DNA of 64,000 nucleotides from a bacterium (GTDB lineage Bacteria > UBA8248): contig OZ253442.1 of the NCBI GenBank assembly GCA_965261085.1, positions 2,816,001 to 2,880,000 on the forward strand, read 5' to 3'. Under the pieces are notes generated by a model. That model was not told the origin of the DNA, ran no database searches, and saw nothing but the letters and a program-made list of their open reading frames with translations. Positions 58,101 to 64,000 of this stretch are shown piece by piece (the first letter of the stretch is position 1; each line of letters opens with the position of its first letter). The position numbers were made by a program, and so were the translations under genes.

Positions 58101-59347
58101 TCTTTTAGCTCTGGAAGAGGAATATCTGTGATTCGAGAAACCCAGCTACCCATCTCACCCATATCGCGGATATTCGCTTCCACATGCACTTCATCTTTCG
58201 CCGAGGCATTCCAGAATATAGGTTTGGTCAATTTTGCATTCAGAAAAGGGGTTTCGACGAAGAAGGTTTCTATGCGGGCGGAACTTTCGAGAAGATCGAA
58301 TTGGCCTTTCGTCTTCAGTTTCAAGCCAGGTAATATCAATCTCTGCCATACTGCCTTTCTATTCATTTGAAAATCCGCGTGAATGGTTTGTCCATTCAAA
58401 TCAAGATCCCAAGTAACCGGTTTTCCAGCCACATAACTAAATCCCAATTTACCCGCGAAAATTCCTTTCCTTAAACGATAACCTCCCACTATCGGTGCTA
58501 CTGTAGCCAGGACAGATGAATCAAACAGAGGTATTGCGAACGATGCACGATAGTTCCGCCCTTTCGTATTGATGTGCGCATCACCCATTAGCTGGATGAG
58601 TTGTTGCCCACCAGAGTTCTGACATTTCCCATCGAGAAAAACATCCAATGGCTCATCCGACTTTATTTCGTCGACTTCAATGTGAGCAAAAGAACATAAG
58701 CTCTCGAAAGCCGGCGTGGTATCACTGGCATCAAATCGTAACTCGGTTTTTACGTTATGGAGGTCGAGCTCATGAATCGTGAGATTAAACCCTGATTCGA
58801 CGCTTTGCTTGCTGCTCTCTGCCGCTTCGGCGGCTCTTATGAATGGAAAAAGCATTCTGGTATTTTTTGCACCGGCCGAAGCCGTTTTTTTTGTCCATCG
58901 GTTCAAATTGTCGATGATGTCCTGGAAACTGAACCTGCCGTCTGCATCCCGATGCACGCGGGCGGAGGCGCTTTTGATTGTGAGTTGGAGAATGCTGATA
59001 CGCTTGTAAATCAGGGTCGATGGATTCAGCAGTATTTCAACATCGTCGAATCGAACAAAGGGTGTATTGCTCTGTGCCTCGCCTTTTTCTGTTTGCCCGT
59101 CGATGACGATTCCACTCGCCTCGATCTTGAATAGTCCCAGTTCCAGCCGCTTGATGGATACTTTACGGCCCAGGATTTTTTGCCCTTCTCTCTCCGCGAT
59201 TCTGATTATTTCATCGGGGGAAAGAAAAATTTGTACGGCGACGATCGCAACAATGATGAAAACGAAAAATATACCGGCAATCCAAACTAACCATCTCAGG
59301 AATCGATACATAGGGGACTCATATCGGAACACTGGAAAGCGGCTCAC
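55190..59347 (-). CDS. Large AsmA-like/DUF748 protein
   Basis: N-terminal TM anchor plus AsmA-like start (ILGRKVSI...G.FSFQDI), beta-rich internal repeats, C-terminal V.G.LDDPEF. Confidence 0.7.
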   Translation of the reverse strand: MSRFPVFRYESPMYRFLRWLVWIAGIFFVFIIVAIVAVQIFLSPDEIIRIAEREGQKILGRKVSIKRLELGLFKIEASGIVIDGQTEKGEAQSNTPFVRFDDVEILLNPSTLIYKRISILQLTIKSASARVHRDADGRFSFQDIIDNLNRWTKKTASAGAKNTRMLFPFIRAAEAAESSKQSVESGFNLTIHELDLHNVKTELRFDASDTTPAFESLCSFAHIEVDEIKSDEPLDVFLDGKCQNSGGQQLIQLMGDAHINTKGRNYRASFAIPLFDSSVLATVAPIVGGYRLRKGIFAGKLGFSYVAGKPVTWDLDLNGQTIHADFQMNRKAVWQRLILPGLKLKTKGQFDLLESSARIETFFVETPFLNAKLTKPIFWNASAKDEVHVEANIRDMGEMGSWVSRITDIPLPELKEGATAQILVSAKRIRKIQDDFVHVEIKSRFDPVDLARFSAFIPPVDNLSKIKGNVSGKARVVFISGDRVEWDVALEAQDFGASVRMEQKKRWEVLELGRAILHSRGNFDMKNESARINALKIKLPFATAKLERPAKWNVNGNDEAAFSLDVNDFSSATDLLERLGFVSHGDVSMNAKILFNATVSRNRKTSPAFRIDTKAHFDSLPIAPIVDLLPLPGYVQTVTGRVSGKLQVSSAPNGVVRWNADIAGKKVNLGVKAISNEKWREISLESMGLQSNGFYLASKGSSEIQTLNLRLPFARAYLNRTALWNQIGKDEFSLTLEVMDLSVAEVWLGRLMEHSIKWGPKKKKLKILLSGTRNRRDELGFTYKGSAVFDPVHISPWVKFLNISPAFRNLAGEIAGKIEFLYMPGKKIGWVLNLTSEDLGGEFLALMSQKWRPMRTGKFRIETVGSYDLQNQSGRLRSLKLNMAFGHILIPRSVDWNVNGMDSIRFQWTVSSLEDAARLARSILGDPASKFLVAGGADGLVEISRSRKKTHSISTKWSFAANLSALAHVAYPNLNLTGSVLGQGDDDAINIRIPTLKTINFSKPNSEPDVILRDLSASLNRSSILRGEIRSPSVRINKLNVRYVRHEKGKTNFGSLFKAAKAEEKQTWRMRSRDKTAPTDTRTTSRKPRMAGKKDNGHLFPAIKIAKFEVARLGFHFQDFIAANKPPVVLKVPDARLSITNLDTLMAPNLRETRLEFRTLGESPSLLAKANLNPGLAPPDVDGFFNLSRFDLRKISPYVRDIQGESASALLMRGTEIKKGMLDFKSTYSLRKSQLELEGKAKIAGLRLEPDETFPLADLVMKLLRASVFRLFERPDDTISLNLRVTGRLDDPEFHFLDAIVEPMFVGLFEQAQNLGGNLKDIVTGILGTAIEGVQKIVPAPKSSGAPPVEGTRKEPDGKGNQLEQLGKKLEKTLQKGLRGLFGVK

Positions 59348-59469
59348 GGATCATAAAATAACTCAGATTTCACACCACTACCTGATATTATATAGTAGCA
59401 AGATACAGAAATTTTTGCTTCTTCTGATGTTTGCTGCAGATTCATTCTCCATTCGAATAAAGTGCCTAT

Positions 59470-60765
59470 ATGAAGAAAAATCACGATCACCCTAATGTAA
59501 ATTCTAACCGTCTGAAACCAAATCAAGGCCGAGAAGTTTTCTCCTGGTGCATGTACGACTTCGCAAACTCCGCTTTTCCAACACTAATCGTTACAGTTGC
59601 GTATAGCGTCTATTTCAAGAAAATCGTAGCCGGCGGCGGTGGGAATGGAGACTTCCTATGGGGGTTATCACTCTCTATAGCCATGATTTTAAGCGTGACC
59701 ATCACTCTGCCTTTAAGCGCTATTGCCGACAGGCGAAGCGCCCGCAAACATTTCTTAATCCTTTACGCCTATATTTGCGTATTGGCCACCGCCCTGCTCG
59801 CAAATGTAACCACTGGCATGATCTTCGCCGGTATGGCCCTTTTCATAATCGCCACCGCTGCATTCGAAAGCTCTCTCATCTTTTACAACTCTTTTCTGCC
59901 CGACGTCTCTACACCGAAAACTGTCGGGAAAATTAGTGGCTGGGGCTGGGGACTTGGTTATGTCGGCGGATTGCTTTGTCTTTTTTTAGTCAAACCTTTG
60001 TTGGCTGGAGGGTTCTCGCCAGATAATCTTCCCTTGTTCCGAATGAGTTTCGTTGCGGTCGCCGGGTTTTATGGCCTGTTCACGCTTCCGTTAATTTTTT
60101 GGCTTCGCGAGACCAAAACCAAACCCATAAAGACTAATCAAAATGGCGCTTTCGCCGAATTATGGATAACACTGCAGGAAACGAGAAAAACTCCGGGCGC
60201 ACTCAGATTCTTGTTGGCCTTTTTCCTCTATAACGACGGGATTGTCACCGTCATCTCCTTCAGTTCGATCTATGCAGTCTCTACACTGAACTTCACCATG
60301 GGCGAAGTATTAAGCCTATTTATAACGGTGCAAGTCTCGGCCGGTGTCGGTGCGTTTGCATTTGGGTATCTGACAGACGCATGGGGACCACGAAAAACGA
60401 TTCTGCTAACCCTAGCGAATTGGTGCTTGGTCGTCATTGTGGCTTATTTCACCGACACGAAATATGTCTTCCTGGGTGTCTCACTGTTGGCGGGGCTTTC
60501 CCTTGGTTCCAGCCAATCAGCAAGCCGAGCTCTGATGGCAAGCTATATTCCTAAAAAAAGAGCTGCACAATCATTTTCGTTTTATGGTATTTGCGGCAAA
60601 ATGAGTTCGGTTCTCGGCCCACTTGTTTTCGGGGGCGTCTCTGCGATTACGGGAGAACAAAGGTCGGCGATCTTATCCATACTCGTTTTTTTTCTGGCAG
60701 GAGGCGTCTTGCTATGGCGAACAGTTGAACCCGGAAAATCAGACTCATCAAGTCAGAAGACATGA
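59470..60765 (+). CDS. MFS transporter, UMF1/ATG22-like
   Basis: WCMYDFANSAF, FYNSFLP, SGWGWGLGY, YNDG, QSASRA. Confidence 0.9.
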   Translation: MKKNHDHPNVNSNRLKPNQGREVFSWCMYDFANSAFPTLIVTVAYSVYFKKIVAGGGGNGDFLWGLSLSIAMILSVTITLPLSAIADRRSARKHFLILYAYICVLATALLANVTTGMIFAGMALFIIATAAFESSLIFYNSFLPDVSTPKTVGKISGWGWGLGYVGGLLCLFLVKPLLAGGFSPDNLPLFRMSFVAVAGFYGLFTLPLIFWLRETKTKPIKTNQNGAFAELWITLQETRKTPGALRFLLAFFLYNDGIVTVISFSSIYAVSTLNFTMGEVLSLFITVQVSAGVGAFAFGYLTDAWGPRKTILLTLANWCLVVIVAYFTDTKYVFLGVSLLAGLSLGSSQSASRALMASYIPKKRAAQSFSFYGICGKMSSVLGPLVFGGVSAITGEQRSAILSILVFFLAGGVLLWRTVEPGKSDSSSQKT

Positions 60766-60838
60766 TACATTCGCTCGCTCTAAGCGAAAGTATCACTTGT
60801 TGATTCTACGCTTGTCATAGCCTTCTCGCGGAGTTGAC

Positions 60839-61204
60839 ATGGATTTTCGTGAACAGATTTACCAAAGACTAATGTTTCATCTTGGTGAAATTGATGTTTC
60901 GAGAGAAACCATTGACGCCTTCACGTCAGACATCGTTCACATTCTAGACAGGATTACGCAAGACAGAATATACGAGGCGAGTTTGCGCCAAATTCTTCAG
61001 CGTTACGCTGATGAGTGGGCGGAGCAATCTTCTCGTAGAATTCTAGACTCCCAAAATGATGAGGCAACGGAAATTGTCTACGAAATGATTGACCGCCAAG
61101 CCAGAAACCGCGCGATACGCGCACTCAGGAAAATTTTGCTCGACACGCTGCAAAATCAGAAAAAACCATTGGATGATCTAGATTTTTTTAATGAAATCGA
61201 ATAA
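60839..61204 (+). CDS. Hypothetical protein
   Basis: 121-aa helical-looking ORF co-oriented with its neighbours. Confidence 0.6.
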   Translation: MDFREQIYQRLMFHLGEIDVSRETIDAFTSDIVHILDRITQDRIYEASLRQILQRYADEWAEQSSRRILDSQNDEATEIVYEMIDRQARNRAIRALRKILLDTLQNQKKPLDDLDFFNEIE

Positions 61205-61225
61205 TTCTGAAGATAGAGGTTCACG

Positions 61226-61621
61226 ATGCCAGAAAAAAATTTAGCAGAAGAAATCGCAAAACGCAGAGGGCGTAGATACCCAGCCCATGAATTTATTGCC
61301 GAAAAATTTCCCGATTACATGGAAGCGCTTTTACATCTCGATGAGATCATTCGTGCGAAAGAAAGAAGATTCGATGAAGCTATGCATGAACTCTTTCATA
61401 TTATAGCCCTCGCCGTTGAGGGTTCGAACCCCCATAACCAACCACACCTTAAACAGCATCTGAAAAAAGGTCTCAAACTAGGTTTACACCCTGAGGAAAT
61501 CGCAGAGGCACTTATGGTCTGCGTAAATCCGGCGGGCTCCAAGGTGCTCACTTATGGCGTAACCTGCATGCTCGAAGCAATGGATGAACTCAAAGCCGAG
61601 GGTTGGACCTGTCCCGACTGA
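61226..61621 (+). CDS. Carboxymuconolactone decarboxylase (CMD)-like protein
   Basis: P.Y..AL, EL..I.AL, HLK.GLKLG..PEEIAEAL; no CxxC. Confidence 0.75.
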   Translation: MPEKNLAEEIAKRRGRRYPAHEFIAEKFPDYMEALLHLDEIIRAKERRFDEAMHELFHIIALAVEGSNPHNQPHLKQHLKKGLKLGLHPEEIAEALMVCVNPAGSKVLTYGVTCMLEAMDELKAEGWTCPD

Positions 61622-61655
61622 GAAAAGACTCGCCAAGACTTTACGCTAGCAGTAC

Positions 61656-61985
61656 TTACGCTTCTGCTCGAATCGCCTCCTCACGCAAAGGAGAATATAT
61701 TCCGATATACGTGATGGGTGTTGGCGCATCCAGCCGATGCGGCACTCCCTTGGGTATATGGACCACCTGACCTGCTTTGACTTTGCGCGTTTCACCAGCA
61801 ACTGTGAATGTAGCTTCGCCTTTCATGAGATATACGAGTTGCTCTACATCATGACTATGGTCCTGTTCCGTTCCTCCTTCTCTTTCGATATACAACATCA
61901 TGACTTTCTCACCGACAACGAGTCTGCGCTCTCTTCCCGGCATCTTTTGCGGTTCAATTTCCGCCAGATCGTAAAAATACTGCAT
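61656..61985 (-). CDS. Cupin domain protein
   Basis: HSHDVEQ..Y..KG, G....IP.GVPH, SPLRE; RBS AAGGAG. Confidence 0.88.
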   Translation of the reverse strand: MQYFYDLAEIEPQKMPGRERRLVVGEKVMMLYIEREGGTEQDHSHDVEQLVYLMKGEATFTVAGETRKVKAGQVVHIPKGVPHRLDAPTPITYIGIYSPLREEAIRAEA

Positions 61986-62151
61986 CTGTCTGCTCCTTTT
62001 GGTTTTCGTTTCAAATTGATTTTCCGATTGTTGACTTTTCAAGTATCGATCGCAAGGTCATCACAAGATCTGTCTTGCAATCACACACCCATGATCCCTA
62101 GAATCCTCCCCTATTGTGTCCAACCATCCATAGTTTGATAAGGATAAACTC

Positions 62152-63567
62152 TTGATGAACGCTGACATCCGAGTTCGCTTTGCTCCATCCAACACAGGCC
62201 ACCTCCATATCGGCGGTGCGCGCACCGCGTTATTTAATTGGTTCTTTGCGAAACATCACGCAGGCACAGCTATTTTGAGAATCGAAGATACCGACCAACA
62301 ACGCTCTACAGAAGAATATTACGACGCAATCCTGGAAGCCTTCGATTGGCTGGGTCTCGAATGGGACGAAGGCCCATATCGTCAATCTCAGCGGATGGAT
62401 TTGTACCAAGAAGCAGCTAACAAACTCCTGTCTTCCGGCGCCGCCTATCGGTGTACGTGCACGCCCGATGAAGTTAACGCCATGCGTGAACAGGCTCGCG
62501 CGGAGGGGAAAACACCGAAATACGACGGCACCTGTCGCGGTCGGTATGACAAAGACCCGAATGCTCCATTTTGTCTCCGTCTCCGAGTTCCTGATATGGC
62601 AGAGACGACTGTCGCCGACCTTCTTGCCGGAGATGTCGTTTTTGACAATTCGCAGTTGGACGACATGGTCATTGTTCGCACCGACGGGACACCCACATAT
62701 AATTTTTGCGTGACTATCGATGACATCGACATGAAGATTAGCCATGTTATACGAGGCAACGACCACCTATCCAACACCCCCAGACAAGTTCTCGTCTATC
62801 AAGCTCTAAATGAAGAGACACCAAAATTTGCACACATATCGATGATATTAGGACCCGATAAAAAAAGACTATCAAAGCGCCATGGCGCAGATTCGGTACT
62901 TGAATATAATAATCAAGGTTATCTTCCTGAAGCGTTGATCAACTATCTCGTTCGGCTCGGGTGGAGCCATGGCGATCAAGAGATTTTCTCCAGAGAGGAA
63001 ATTATCGCAAATTTTTCTTTGGAAAATTTGAACAGGTCCGCCGCGATCTTCAATCCGGAAAAATTATTATGGCTGAATCAGGAGTATATCAAATCGGCTG
63101 ATAGTGATTTCCTCGTCGAATCGCTCGATACAGGCCTTCAAGAACGAGGCTTATCACCAGATCTACTGACACACCAAACACGCAAAGGCATTGTGGATGA
63201 ACTCAGAACGCGCTCGAGAACTTTAACGGACATAACTGAGGGCGCTCGTTTTTTCTTTGAAAATGAAGTCGAGTTGGACGAGAAGGCCGCTTCGAAATTC
63301 TTGAATCCAGAGAACTTGGGTTTAATACTGAAAATGCGGGATGAATTAACGAAAATCGATACGTTTTCAACCGAGAACGTCAAATCAGCTTTTCATCACG
63401 TTATGGAAGAAGAGGTTGTAAAGCTCGGCAAACTGGCTCAACCGGTGCGCGTCGCTATTACGGGCGGAACCATCAGCCCTGGTATTTTTGAAACGCTCAG
63501 TCTTCTCGGAAAAGAGAGAACCATTCATCGACTAAATGCTGCATTAGCCAAAATCAATGAAAAATGA
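62152..63567 (+). CDS. gltX: Glutamate--tRNA ligase
   Basis: RFAPSNTGHLHIGGARTAL, LRIEDTD, HVIRG.DH, RLSKR. Confidence 0.96.
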   Translation: MMNADIRVRFAPSNTGHLHIGGARTALFNWFFAKHHAGTAILRIEDTDQQRSTEEYYDAILEAFDWLGLEWDEGPYRQSQRMDLYQEAANKLLSSGAAYRCTCTPDEVNAMREQARAEGKTPKYDGTCRGRYDKDPNAPFCLRLRVPDMAETTVADLLAGDVVFDNSQLDDMVIVRTDGTPTYNFCVTIDDIDMKISHVIRGNDHLSNTPRQVLVYQALNEETPKFAHISMILGPDKKRLSKRHGADSVLEYNNQGYLPEALINYLVRLGWSHGDQEIFSREEIIANFSLENLNRSAAIFNPEKLLWLNQEYIKSADSDFLVESLDTGLQERGLSPDLLTHQTRKGIVDELRTRSRTLTDITEGARFFFENEVELDEKAASKFLNPENLGLILKMRDELTKIDTFSTENVKSAFHHVMEEEVVKLGKLAQPVRVAITGGTISPGIFETLSLLGKERTIHRLNAALAKINEK

Positions 63568-63581
63568 TTTCTCTATCGTCC

Positions 63582-63610
63582 TTGACGAAAAAAGATCTCA
63601 TACATATAAA
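63582..63610 (+). promoter_or_regulatory. Sigma70 promoter of the tRNA
   Basis: TTGACG-17 nt-TATAAA. Confidence 0.65.
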
Positions 63611-63624
63611 CATCTAGGTCTTTT

Positions 63625-63698
63625 TGGGGGATCGTCTAGCGGCAGGACACCAGACTCTGGATCTGGGTACGGAGGTTCGAATCCTCCTCCCCCAGCCA
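63625..63698 (+). tRNA. tRNA-Gln (CUG)
   Basis: TGGGGGA/TCCCCCA acceptor stem, anticodon arm CCAGA-CTCTGGA-TCTGG, GGTTCGAATCC T-arm, encoded CCA. Confidence 0.96.
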
Positions 63699-63773
63699 CT
63701 TCATTATTACGAGTTCACATCCAGCACACGGGAATTCGTAGTTTTCTCTAATTCTTTATGCAGGGAGATGAGA

Positions 63774-64000
63774 ATGGCTTTAAGAATCAATGATGAAGCT
63801 CCGGATTTTTCTGCGGACACAACCCAAGGCCCCGTCAATTTTCATGAATGGATTGGCGAGGGTTGGGCTATCATGTTTTCACACCCGAAGGACTTTACAC
63901 CAGTCTGCACCACTGAACTCGGGACCATGGCCGGACTCAAGTCAGAATTCGACAAAAGAAATTGCAAGGTGATCGGCATCAGCGTCGATGGTGTTTCCGA
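63774..64000 (+). CDS. 1-Cys peroxiredoxin (Prx6), partial at the window edge
   Basis: Not in the ORF track; reads [12 protein letters not shown]...[16 protein letters not shown]. Confidence 0.92.
   Translation, partial: MALRINDEAPDFSADTTQGPVNFHEWIGEGWAIMFSHPKDFTPVCTTELGTMAGLKSEFDKRNCKVIGISVDGVS

Noticed and set aside
63625-63698. tRNA-Gln as an integration site
   Set aside because: No integrase nearby and no duplicated tRNA 3' end seen in the window.

Overview
Bacterial genomic window; the gene repertoire suggests a Nitrospinota/Tectomicrobia/deltaproteobacteria-like lineage (inference only). The right part (about 36.2-64 kb) is mostly core genome: acyl-CoA dehydrogenase, lutA/lutBC, glnB-glnD-glnA, an ispH-UbiA fusion, trxA, ftsK, an AsmA/DUF748-like protein, gltX, tRNA-Gln(CUG) and a peroxiredoxin. 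The left part (1-36 kb) is accessory. About 29.5 kb of it lies between two imperfect direct repeats made of the 3' end of the acyl-CoA dehydrogenase gene plus an adjacent non-coding segment, which looks like integration (possibly tandem) into a protein-coding gene. The cargo is three transporter-linked catabolic modules mixed with decayed mobile-element remnants (IS21, IS1380, S24 repressor, possible integrase). Main points: (1) an AhpD/CMD-family selenoprotein split by the ORF caller (CxxU motif with a SECIS-like hairpin); (2) an IclR-TRAP-cyclic amidohydrolase-atypical lyase-2x CapA-SDR operon that matches no pathway I recognise; (3) a single-chain triple-RidA protein; (4) the att-like duplication; (5) a MITE/inverted-repeat-bounded cassette with a truncated HigB toxin and intact HigA. 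All calls come from reading motifs by eye; no database searches were run.
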